Shown here: one piece after another, positions 1 to 7,717 of the stretch
How the letters are laid out: every line of letters begins with the position of its first letter
Numbering within the stretch: position 1 is the stretch's first letter
NCBI GenBank assembly: GCA_025937235.1
Contig: JAICRU010000005.1
Coordinates: 38-64,037 of the forward strand
Direction: 5' to 3'
DNA: 64,000 bases
Source of the DNA: Acidimicrobiia bacterium
GTDB lineage: Bacteria; Actinomycetota; Acidimicrobiia; Spongiisociales; ZC4RG35
The notes under the pieces: generated by a model
The model's database searches: none
What the model saw: the letters and a program-made list of their open reading frames with translations, nothing else
Told to the model about the DNA's origin: nothing
Translations under genes and position numbers: made by a program

Positions 1-307
1 GAGACGAGGCATACGACTCCATCGCCGAAGCGATCATCGACTCGTTGTCGTTCCCCGATCCCCAATCTCCCATCACCAGAAGAGAGCCGGGATCTGCCGC
101 AGCTTGTTGGTGGACCGAAGTGGTCGTACCCTCTGTCGGGTCGACACCCTCTGTCGGGTCGACACCCTCCGTCGGTTCGACACCCTCAGCCGGTTCGACA
201 ACCTCAGTCGGTTCGACCGGGACGGGTCCCGTGGATGCGCCTAAGTCGCATGAGATCGACAGGGCACAGAGCAACAGGGCCCCGAAAGCAGGCCCCCACC
301 TCTTCAT
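1..307 (-). CDS. Lipoprotein, calcineurin-like/purple-acid-type metallophosphoesterase (N-terminal part; gene continues past window start)
   Basis: The reverse strand from ATG (complement of 305-307) reads MKRWGPAFGALLLCALSISC, a signal peptide with a lipobox-like Cys. Acidic EP(T/A)EG(V) hexapeptide repeats follow, then LLVMGDWGSGN, which matches the GDxG motif I of metallophosphoesterases. It is absent from the ORF track because it is truncated by the edge. Track ORF 45..320(+) is its antisense shadow. Confidence 0.6.
   Translation of the reverse strand, partial: MKRWGPAFGALLLCALSISCDLGASTGPVPVEPTEVVEPAEGVEPTEGVDPTEGVDPTEGTTTSVHQQAAADPGSLLVMGDWGSGNDNESMIASAMESYASS
129..218. repeat. Five tandem 18-bp units (ccctctgtcgggtcgaca and variants) inside the lipoprotein gene
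   Basis: Read directly at 129-146, 147-164 (identical to the first), 165-182, 183-200 and 201-218, with 1-4 substitutions in the later units. They are in frame and encode the VEPTEG-type linker repeats on the minus strand. Confidence 0.85.
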
Positions 308-573
308 GTCTGAACTCTAAGGATTCCCCGGCATTGGCCATCCAACACAGGGCCCCCCAAGTGGGTCAGGTGGGTCGGGGTTCGCCATGCGTGGTCATGG
401 AATCAGACCGTTTTTCACCGACCGGCTGATGGAGTGGGGCCAGGCAAATGGGAGAGCGTCGGCCACCAATCGCTGCAGATCGTCGGCGGCTCCTCGGGAA
501 GTCTGAAAGGGCATGAACTTTGTCCTGCGCAAAGGCCACTACACGATTCGTCGGGCAGGACTGATCCCGAGGC

Positions 574-1481
574 CTAGTCGAGTGGGCTCACCAGGCTCTT
601 ACCCGAACCTTCTGCATCCGCCCTGAAGCTGGTCACCCCGTTGGTCCTCACCGTGACATTCCCGCCGATCAGGGCATTGTCGCTCGGCGACTGGCTTTGA
701 AATACGGTGCCAACCGCGTCCCAACGTGCGAGGGCGGTGGCGCTCGGATCGCCAAAGGAGTTTGCCCCTACGGAGATGATCGAGGCTTCCGCCGAGAGTG
801 TTGCGACGAACGTGGGGTTGGAGGAGAACTGGGAACCATGGTGGTTCACCTGGCCACCTCCACATCTCCGATGGTCGATGCAACCGCGGTTTCGGCGTCG
901 GTGCGTGGACCGTCGTGGTTCGTTGATTTCTCCGCAGGTGGCGAGGTCAAAGTCCCGGTATCGACGTGGAGGCATAGCCTGCGGTCGTTTTCTTCTGAGA
1001 CCGCCACCCCTCCAGCCGCGGTGCCATCTGTGCCGGCAGACACCACGGTGAATGTCACTCGCTGAGCCCCAGAGCAAAGACTGAAGCTGTCTCCGATATC
1101 GACAGGATGCCGCGTCCCAGCGGAAGTGACGTACTGGCAGTACGCGGCGTAAGTCTGTGTTCCGGCGGCTGTCGATCCTCCGCCGCGGTCGTAAAACGCA
1201 CCCACACCCGCTCCGGGGGCGTTGGCGACGTCGAGGATTCCGCCTAGGTGGTCGGCGTCATAATGCGAGACAGCAATCCACTTGAGGGTCCTCGTAGTGA
1301 CTTCATCCAAGACTGGCCATCGCTGACGTGATCGACGAGTCTTCGAGGGGTTCTCATCGTGGTGGGAGAGGCTCAAGTGGCGACTCCCACACCGGCCTCC
1401 CTCACCGCAATCACTGCTGCCGAGACTTCTCCATCGGCCTGACACTTGAGTTTTGCAATAACTCGAGAAGCCAGCCACCAA
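574..1481 (-). pseudogene. ComEC-C-terminal-like metallo-beta-lactamase-fold hydrolase, frameshifted
   Basis: The frame of ORF 846..1481 carries KWIAVSHYDADHLGG (HxHxDH-type motif) and ENDRRLCLHVD. The frame of ORF 574..1077 carries YRDFDLATCGE and QVNHHGSQFSSNPTFVATLSAEASIISVGANSFGDP, the HHGS...IISVG block of the same family. One family is split over two frames, which implies at least one frameshift near 850-855 and probably others near 960 and 920. Confidence 0.55.
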
Positions 1482-1499
1482 CTTGTTCTCGATCTCGAG

Positions 1500-2948
1500 T
1501 CAAGAACCGTGTGGAGGGGCGCGTACTACCAGGGTGGCCGCCCACCGGTCGTGCCAGGTTTGCTTGAGCGGGTGTGAGGCACCGGCTATGGCGTCGAGAA
1601 CGCCGGGCACGACACAGCACATCCAAACAGCTACCTGGATGAGGCCGCGAGCTCCAACCAGTACGACTGAGGCTGGTTCGTGGTTCCCTGCTCGAACCAC
1701 CTCCAGATGAAGAAGTCGCTTACCTGGCGTAGCGCCAAGGAGAAGGGTCGAAACCGGGTCATAGGCGACTATGAGGATCAGCAGTGCGGCGCTGGTGAGC
1801 GTCCTAAGCCAATCGCCGCCACTTTCCGGCAGTTGTGCGATCGCTCGTGTGGCCCTCTCGATCCACACGAGGGCCAGCAAGACAAAGAGGCCGATTCCCA
1901 AATCGATGCCGCGCGCCGCCCACCTCTCGCCCATCGACGCTAGCGACCCTGGCCCCTCCGACGGCAGATCGGCTTCGCGACCCGGCCACCAGGGAGCGGG
2001 CGGCCCTGCCAGGTCGTAAGGTTGAGCCACCTCCACTGGTGTGAGATCTTGCGGCGGGATGTCCTCGACGACTGGACCGGTCATACGGTCAGGGCGGTGC
2101 CGGGTGACCAGGTCGTATTTCGCCTGGACTACTCGCCCGAAGCGATCTTGGTCCTCTCCGATCCGGTATGCCAGGACATCCTCACCGCGAAGCAGGCCAG
2201 CCAGTGTCGTCCACGAGGTGGTTTCTCGATCGTTCAGGTCGAGATTGGCCAGATCTGTCAGAGCGTCCCGTTCGCCCACCAGTATCCACCACGGCCGGAC
2301 GATCGAGCCGACTGTCTCGATCTCCCACAGCAGATTCGGCCCCGGTTCGGTCACGTCGATGAGCACCGCGTTGGTCTCGGCCACGAGCCTCAACACCACG
2401 CTGCGCCAGATGGGATCGTCGACATGCAGGAAAACGGCCTTGGGTCCAAACAGTCGCCGACTCAGCCGGCGAACCCGTTTGAGAGCGACTTCGAGACTCT
2501 TGTCGTCTTTGACGGCCAGCGTCTTCTCGACGCCGACGCCGACGGTCGAGCGATCATCAAGGGTCACCAGACGGTATCCGGAGCCGGGAGCCCCCGTCGC
2601 CGCCTGCGTCACCATCGCCAGCGATCCCCTGTCGCCGAATCGACGAAGGAAAAGCACGAGGCGACGTCTCCCCAATATGAATTTGCGCGCGAGGGCCATC
2701 AGCGGAACGGCGATGGCGGCCATCACCGCAAGGGCCACCACCCGGTCTCTCGCCGGCATCTCATCGAGGGCAGGACTGTCCGTGACGGCACCAGGGACGA
2801 AGTCGATCAGGACGTAGATCCCAAAGCTCACCAGCAAGAGCGCGGGCGGCAGGATGAAGGCGATGGCGCATCCGCAGCCCCCTAGCCGAAAGGCCCGACG
2901 CTCCAAAGGTTCGGGTGCATCATCCTCGATGATGCGAAAAAGGGCCAT
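1500..2948 (-). CDS. Membrane protein with C-terminal RDD domain and an unrecognised central cytoplasmic module
   Basis: This is a 482-aa ORF. The N-terminal part has two hydrophobic segments. The C-terminus has TM segments with GATPGKRLLHLEVV and WHDRWAATLVV, the RDD-family signature. It lies 15 nt downstream of the anti-sigma gene. Confidence 0.65.
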   Translation of the reverse strand: MALFRIIEDDAPEPLERRAFRLGGCGCAIAFILPPALLLVSFGIYVLIDFVPGAVTDSPALDEMPARDRVVALAVMAAIAVPLMALARKFILGRRRLVLFLRRFGDRGSLAMVTQAATGAPGSGYRLVTLDDRSTVGVGVEKTLAVKDDKSLEVALKRVRRLSRRLFGPKAVFLHVDDPIWRSVVLRLVAETNAVLIDVTEPGPNLLWEIETVGSIVRPWWILVGERDALTDLANLDLNDRETTSWTTLAGLLRGEDVLAYRIGEDQDRFGRVVQAKYDLVTRHRPDRMTGPVVEDIPPQDLTPVEVAQPYDLAGPPAPWWPGREADLPSEGPGSLASMGERWAARGIDLGIGLFVLLALVWIERATRAIAQLPESGGDWLRTLTSAALLILIVAYDPVSTLLLGATPGKRLLHLEVVRAGNHEPASVVLVGARGLIQVAVWMCCVVPGVLDAIAGASHPLKQTWHDRWAATLVVRAPPHGS

Positions 2949-2963
2949 CGATCGGCAAAGTAG

Positions 2964-3362
2964 TCAGCAGTTGTGGAGCGCTGCCAGAAGCCAGGTGCCT
3001 GGCATCGTGAGGCTGTACCCAACAGCGGTCCACGGTCCGGGACCAACCTGATAGGTACCCGGCTCGATCGGGCCCGTCGCTGGCAACGTGGTGGGGCTGG
3101 AAGCGACGTCAGGGGACTGGTTGCGGAAGATGAGGAAGGGAATTCCCAGCAACAGCACCAGGACGCCGGCGACCAAGGCCGGGAACCACCGTCGGGGCGG
3201 CTTGGTCTGAGGTTGGCGTTCGATGGTGGGAGTGCGGGGGGACATGGCTTCGCTCCTTTCGGCGACGGCACTGGCCGTCTCTTGTAGTTGGCGTCGCAGA
3301 GCCGCCGGATCAGGCTCCGGGTTTGCTCGACGCAGTTGTTCGAAGGCGGCGTCGACCTTCAT
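2964..3362 (-). CDS. Putative anti-sigma factor (single-pass membrane protein)
   Basis: This 132-aa ORF has a start that overlaps the sigma-gene stop by 4 nt. It has a charged N-terminal region, one TM helix (WFPALVAGVLVLLLGIPFLIF) and a short extracytoplasmic tail. The call rests on position and architecture only. Confidence 0.5.
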   Translation of the reverse strand: MKVDAAFEQLRRANPEPDPAALRRQLQETASAVAERSEAMSPRTPTIERQPQTKPPRRWFPALVAGVLVLLLGIPFLIFRNQSPDVASSPTTLPATGPIEPGTYQVGPGPWTAVGYSLTMPGTWLLAALHNC

Positions 3363-3880
3363 CAGTTGCCTCCTTCGTTTTCAAATGTGAGGTCGCGGCT
3401 CCCCGCAACAGAGAGAGGCCACAGCTTGTGGGCGTACCGCTCCTTGGCGCGATGAAGCCGTTGTTCGGCTGCTGCAACCGAAATCCCCAGTGCGCTGGCA
3501 ATTTGCGGACCGGTCAACTCCTCCCAGGCCGAAAGCATCAGCACCTCACGATCGATTGGTCTCAGCTGCTGGAGCGCCGCGATCGCCTCACGATCCTCTG
3601 CGCGTCGAACAACCACCTCATCCGGTCGATCCTCGGACGTAGGCGCCATTCCGGCGATCAATCCGAAGATCCGTTGGCGGCGATAGAAAGAGCGCCAATT
3701 ATTGGCGAGCACACCGCGGGCGATGCCATACAGACAAGGGCGAGCGGTAGCCCAATCGATTTCTTTGGCCCGACGTGAAGCGATCGCAAAGACCTCGGCA
3801 GCGGCGTCCTCGGCTTCGTTTCGACCGATCCGCCGGGCAGTAGGCCAAGACCGCGTCGTAATTACTCTTGAACAGCTCAC
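3362..3880 (-). CDS. ECF-type sigma-70 family sigma factor (N-terminus apparently frameshifted; family-like N-terminus lies in ORF 3699..3908)
   Basis: Region 2 reads RRIGRNEAEDAAAEVFAIA ... GIARGVLANNWR. Region 4 reads LRPIDREVLMLSAWEELTGPQIASALGISVAAAEQRLHRAKERY. The expected region 2.1 start (MDMTEGTALGELFKSNYDAVLAYC) is in another frame, starting at 3908. Confidence 0.75.
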   Translation of the reverse strand: MSCSRVITTRSWPTARRIGRNEAEDAAAEVFAIASRRAKEIDWATARPCLYGIARGVLANNWRSFYRRQRIFGLIAGMAPTSEDRPDEVVVRRAEDREAIAALQQLRPIDREVLMLSAWEELTGPQIASALGISVAAAEQRLHRAKERYAHKLWPLSVAGSRDLTFENEGGN

Positions 3881-4381
3881 CCAGTGCCGTGCCCTCAGTC
3901 ATATCCATCCGGGTTGTTTGGCTGCCCCCTTATTGTCCACCCAACCATGAATCCTGACACCGACGATCCCCAACCACCTCCATCGACGAGACGAGTCCCC
4001 TCGGGCGTTTCCGTCCCCGACAGCGATGAGTGATCCGCATCCTCGCCGTGCTCATCCTGGTATGGCGCGCCCGCTCGCTCTTCGGCTTGTGGGCCGACAC
4101 CCAGATGGACCAATGCCGGAGCTCTACCGGCGGCCGCCCCAAGAAACGGCGTTTGACGTCGGCAAGCCGCTTTCTACGACCCGGCCCGAGCCATCGGCCT
4201 AGTTGAGAGATATCCAACGTCAAGGTCCCCTAGTCTCGGGTCCTGCCCAGGACGTGGGGAGTGGCCACCCACCTCGACAGGTGCGGGAGCCTCGGACGTC
4301 GAATCACCTCATGCAGATCGGGCCGGTCGGTGCTTCTCCTCTGGTGGGACGATGGTGTCTCGGATTACCTGGTCTGCGGGG

Positions 4382-4798
4382 TTAGCCGGTATCCCAGCCG
4401 AATGGGAGCGTGAAGTTGATCCGGATGCCGTCCTTGCCATAGGGCTGGCCAACGATGGACTCTACGATCTGGCGGCCCGCAGCCAACTCCTCCTCGGTGG
4501 TCGCAGGGTCCCAGGTGAGGTAGACGCACAAGGTACGGTCGCCGACGGGCAGGGCATAGGCTCCCGTCGTCTCGCCGCCTTGCGGCCGGTTAAACGTCAC
4601 GGGAGAACCTTCGTCGAATGATTCGACATTGTTCTCGTATGGTTCGACATACTGGCCGTCGAGCCCTGCGACCGTCACCGCCACCGAATCTCCACCCTCC
4701 TCGAAACAGTCGTTCTCGACGGCGAAGACAATTTGGGTCTCTCGGAACTTGTCGCCGTCCGCCTCGACCGAGCCCGCGCCGTGGTCGACTCGGCGCAC
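4382..4798 (-). CDS. Hypothetical protein (start uncertain)
   Basis: The ORF 4382..4963 would overlap the upstream reductase gene by more than 100 nt. The first canonical internal start after that gene's stop is GTG at 4798. No family was recognised. Confidence 0.4.
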   Translation of the reverse strand: MRRVDHGAGSVEADGDKFRETQIVFAVENDCFEEGGDSVAVTVAGLDGQYVEPYENNVESFDEGSPVTFNRPQGGETTGAYALPVGDRTLCVYLTWDPATTEEELAAGRQIVESIVGQPYGKDGIRINFTLPFGWDTG

Positions 4799-4847
4799 AA
4801 TCCTGGTGAATCCACGTTGAATGACGTCGACGCCGTCGGTCGGATTG

Positions 4848-6089
4848 TCAAGCAGTAGTTGACGAATCCGGCTTTTCTGTCCAGTACTCCTCGTAGTGGA
4901 CGTTGCCGCGTTCCTTACGATGGTCGATGGTGAAGCCGCGCTCGTGGAGCTGCTGGCACACACCGAGTGTGTCGGGGAACACCAGACCTTCCTCGTTCCA
5001 CTTGGGCAGCCCGATCATCGCCGGGTTGCCGCAGAGGAAGACATGGGTTCGCTGAGGGTCGAGGGGGGCCCCGAGCTCCTCTTCGATTCGACCGGTGGTG
5101 ATGAGGTCCTGGATATAGACCTTCTCCCTCTCGTTCTCGGGCTCGCGGGTGGTGATGGTCAGATAGCGATACGCCGGGTACCTGTCGACCAACACCGCGT
5201 GTTGCTCCGTGTATGCGAGATCGGCCTTGTGCCGGACGCAGACGACGTTGAGGATCCTTCCCTCGTGACCCCGACGCAGCAGCTCGGCGATCATTGCGTT
5301 CTGCGGCGCCTCGCCGGTCCCGGTGCTGAGAAAGACGACGTTGTCGGTTGGCTCGACCCCTTCCAGGGTGTAGTGCCCGGTGAACTTGCGTCCCATGTAC
5401 AGACGATCGCCCTCACTCTTCATGAAGAGGCGTGGAGTGAGGGCCGGGATCTCCTGCTGCCCCGGTTTCACCTTCACGATGTAGAACTCCACGTCAGGGG
5501 TGTGGGGCGGGAGCAGCTCACCCGATTCGTCGATCATCGAGCTGGACACCGAGTACGAGCGACGGGCCATCTTCTGATCCTGATCGGGCTTGAGCGCGTC
5601 GTGGGCATCGTCTGCGCGTGGCTCCCAATACCCGAGCGCAAGCGTCGTGTACTGGCCCGGTTGGAAGGGGTCGATCGGCTCGTCCGGGGTGACCTTCATC
5701 ACCCAGAGGTCCGGGTTGTGCGCCCTGATGTGGCTCAAGGTCGCGTTGTAGTTCTCGGACCTCAGATGCTCGAACCGATCGGCCTCGACAGCTGTCTCGG
5801 TCTCGCCGTAGTGGATGAAGAGATTGGCTATCACTCCGGCAGCCCGTTCCACCGCTTCCTCGTCCCAGCTCTGCATGCGTCGGACTGCCACAGTGTTGGA
5901 GATGACATGGACATGGTCGATCTGCTGGTCGGCGCCGAATAGCCGTGCCGCCAGATCGTGCGGTGGGTCCTCGCCCTCTCGTTCCCCGGGGATGACGCTG
6001 ACCCCGTCCTGACCCGTGATCGAACGGTCCGTCGAGAACACGGCGACCCGGCCCATCGGGGTGGCCTCCACCTGGATCAACTGGCCCAT
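4848..6089 (-). CDS. Ferredoxin-NADP(+) reductase (bacterial Fpr type) with N-terminal Nfu_N-like domain
   Basis: The C-terminal ~300 aa carry RRSYSVSS (RxYS FAD motif), FLSTGTGEAPQNAM (NAD(P)-binding GTGxAP), VFLCGNPAMI and a terminal EEYW. The N-terminal ~100 aa (MGQLIQVEATPMGRVAVF ... DLAARLFG ... VHVISNTVAVRR..SWDE) resemble the Nfu/NifU N-terminal domain. The start is taken at Met11 (6089); ATG 6119 is also possible. Confidence 0.75.
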   Translation of the reverse strand: MGQLIQVEATPMGRVAVFSTDRSITGQDGVSVIPGEREGEDPPHDLAARLFGADQQIDHVHVISNTVAVRRMQSWDEEAVERAAGVIANLFIHYGETETAVEADRFEHLRSENYNATLSHIRAHNPDLWVMKVTPDEPIDPFQPGQYTTLALGYWEPRADDAHDALKPDQDQKMARRSYSVSSSMIDESGELLPPHTPDVEFYIVKVKPGQQEIPALTPRLFMKSEGDRLYMGRKFTGHYTLEGVEPTDNVVFLSTGTGEAPQNAMIAELLRRGHEGRILNVVCVRHKADLAYTEQHAVLVDRYPAYRYLTITTREPENEREKVYIQDLITTGRIEEELGAPLDPQRTHVFLCGNPAMIGLPKWNEEGLVFPDTLGVCQQLHERGFTIDHRKERGNVHYEEYWTEKPDSSTTA

Positions 6090-6147
6090 TCGGCCGCAAG
6101 TTATCCGTCCTTGGAACAAGGCGCCATTGGCCGGTGTTCACGCCGCC

Positions 6148-6537
6148 ATGGAAAGCGCCATTCGGGAGGCTCTCGATCGCGGAGGCACTGTCGACATCAC
6201 CACCATCGGGCGGCAGACAGGCCTGCCCCGACGAATCGAGATCTACTTCCACCAGTTCGACGGCCAGTACTACCTGACCGGTAGGCCTGGCTTCAAGAGG
6301 GACTGGGTAGCCAACATCGCGGCCCACCCCGAGTTCACCCTTCATCTCAAACATGGCATCCGAGCCGACGTCCCTGTGAGGGGAAGTCTCGAGCCCGATC
6401 CCGTGGAGCGGGGGCGGATTCTCTATCGGGCCCTCACCGAGAGCTGGGGGTCAGACCCGGAGCGGTCGAGGGCGGCCCTGGACCGTTGGGTCCAGAGCGC
6501 CCCCTTCATTCGCTTCGCGCCGATCGATCAGGTGTGA
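6148..6537 (+). CDS. Deazaflavin(F420)-dependent nitroreductase-family (DDN-like) protein
   Basis: TTIGRQTGLPRRIEIYFHQFDGQYYLTGRPG..RDWVANIAAHPEFTLH matches the pattern of the DDN/PF04075-type split-barrel family. The start is taken at the internal Met (MESAIREAL) because the longer ORF overlaps the divergent reductase gene. Confidence 0.6.
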   Translation: MESAIREALDRGGTVDITTIGRQTGLPRRIEIYFHQFDGQYYLTGRPGFKRDWVANIAAHPEFTLHLKHGIRADVPVRGSLEPDPVERGRILYRALTESWGSDPERSRAALDRWVQSAPFIRFAPIDQV

Positions 6538-6953
6538 ACCGGTTCGGGGGTGCGCTGTGCAACATCGCGGATCCCGAGCCCGATGAGCACGAACAGCAGG
6601 CCGACGGCGACGGCCATCGCTGACACCCCGAAGGCCAGGATCGACGTGAAAAGCGACGACTGGAGGAAGGCCGAGTTCATCGCAGTCTCACGAAGTGGGT
6701 CTTCCCGGTCGAGCTCCGCGTAGTAGAGGCCACCGGTGGCTTCGAGGGTGTGCGTTTCGATCACCTTCGCCTGGCAGTAGGCGGTGAACGGATCTCCGAC
6801 CGGGCGCCCGGGTAGACAGGCATCGTCGGAGGTCACGATGTTCTGGTCGGAGAGAGTGTCGGCGACGACAAACCAGGTGGCGATCCCGCCGATGATCATC
6901 AATATCCCGAGGACGATCGATGTGATCGAAGCGGCCTTTCTCATGTCTGACAC
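6528..6953 (-). CDS. Hypothetical membrane protein (two TM helices, Cys-containing loop)
   Basis: This 141-aa ORF has hydrophobic N- and C-terminal helices (IVLGILMIIGGIATWFVV; ILAFGVSAMAVAVGLLFVLIGLGI). No family was recognised. Confidence 0.5.
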   Translation of the reverse strand: MSDMRKAASITSIVLGILMIIGGIATWFVVADTLSDQNIVTSDDACLPGRPVGDPFTAYCQAKVIETHTLEATGGLYYAELDREDPLRETAMNSAFLQSSLFTSILAFGVSAMAVAVGLLFVLIGLGIRDVAQRTPEPVHT

Positions 6954-7013
6954 CTTTCACTGGGCAGATGCCAGAACCTACCCATCTCGTGAGTTGGAGA
7001 GCAGGGCCGAAAG

Positions 7014-7445
7014 TCACACGAGCCCGGGCTCGGCTCGGTGACCTCCCTCCACGACCATGGTGTCGGTGGCGATCGACCCGAGCGCCCCCTGTGCACGGTA
7101 GGTGATTCGAAGGCTGGTGGCCGAGGGGAGGCGAAGCTCAAACCGCCGCAGAGGATCGAGGGATGCGCCTCTGGCCCAGGGCTCCCGGTCACGGAGCAAA
7201 CGCTCGTCCACCCATAGACCGGGAATGGCAGACCTCGCGTCGAAGATCGACGCTCCGTGCGGGAATCGGTACGAGACCACGTCGGCCCGGACGATGACTG
7301 CCGGGCCAGGGCCCTCGTTCCAGAGCTCGAACGTGTCGGGATGACCGGGCACCCGTTCGGCCACCATCTTGGGCCTGGCCTTGTTCAGGGCGATGCCGGC
7401 GAACACGATTCCGGCCGCACCAAGCGCGATTATCGCGATCTCCAT
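7014..7445 (-). CDS. Hypothetical membrane-anchored protein
   Basis: This is the C-terminal 143 aa of track ORF 7014..7712, starting at MEIAIIALGAAGIVFAGIAL (TM anchor). The upstream part of that ORF runs through the tRNA-Sec gene and is discarded. Confidence 0.5.
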   Translation of the reverse strand: MEIAIIALGAAGIVFAGIALNKARPKMVAERVPGHPDTFELWNEGPGPAVIVRADVVSYRFPHGASIFDARSAIPGLWVDERLLRDREPWARGASLDPLRRFELRLPSATSLRITYRAQGALGSIATDTMVVEGGHRAEPGLV

Positions 7446-7527
7446 CAGTGGAAAGGCTATGCCGCTCCCCGTGGGGCTCAATGATTCGATCGACCCCCCC
7501 GGCGCCCACTTCCGGTAGAGGAGACGG

Positions 7528-7620
7528 CGGAGGCGGACGGGAATCGAACCCGCCAGGGGCCGATCAGACCCCTCGCCGGTTTTGAAGACCGGGGGACCCA
7601 CCAGGCGTCCGGACGCCTCC
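7528..7620 (-). tRNA. selC: tRNA-Sec (anticodon UCA)
   Basis: The reverse strand reads GGAGGCGTCCGGACGCCTGGTGGGTCCCCCGGTCTTCAAAACCGGCGAGGGGTCTGATCGGCCCCTGGCGGGTTCGATTCCCGTCCGCCTCCG. The acceptor pairs GGAGGCG/CGCCTCC. The D arm is GGAC-loop-GTCC. The anticodon stem is CCGGT/ACCGG with loop CUUCAAA. A 22-nt variable arm has a 7-bp stem. The T arm is GCGGG-TTCGATT-CCCGT. The total is 93 nt. Confidence 0.8.
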
Positions 7621-7717
7621 TCGATGGGCGGATGAGCATAGGCGGCCCTGTAGGGCCGAGAGTATGGAGGCTGAATCCCCATCTTGGTAAATCGACACCT
7701 CGGTACCATCACGTCCG

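Noticed and set aside
129-218. Possible CRISPR-like array
   Set aside because: The units are contiguous 18-mers with no spacers. They are in frame inside a coding sequence, so this is a protein linker repeat.
45-320. Plus-strand ORF encoding PSVGST repeats
   Set aside because: It is the antisense shadow of the minus-strand lipoprotein gene, which has a proper signal peptide, a lipobox and the GDWG motif.
308-573. 40-codon minus-strand ORF (MPFQTSRGAADDLQRLVADALPFAWPHS...)
   Set aside because: It is short, has no SD and only moderate third-position bias, and I recognise no family. It is probably promoter or spacer DNA for the lipoprotein gene.
3909-4381. 473-bp gap with small plus-strand ORFs (MNPDTDDPQPP... 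at 3947; GTG 4030 VIRILAVLILVWRARSLFGLW...; MPELYRRPPQETAFDVGKPL...)
   Set aside because: Pieces in three frames show coding-like third-position bias and one TM-like helix, hinting at a decayed small membrane-protein gene. None exceeds 58 codons, no family is recognised, and I cannot reconstruct a consistent frame. I left it unannotated.
7446-7712. N-terminal 89 codons of track ORF 7014..7712
   Set aside because: This stretch runs straight through the tRNA-Sec sequence and its promoter region. The translated text is low-complexity. A good Met plus TM-helix start exists at 7445.
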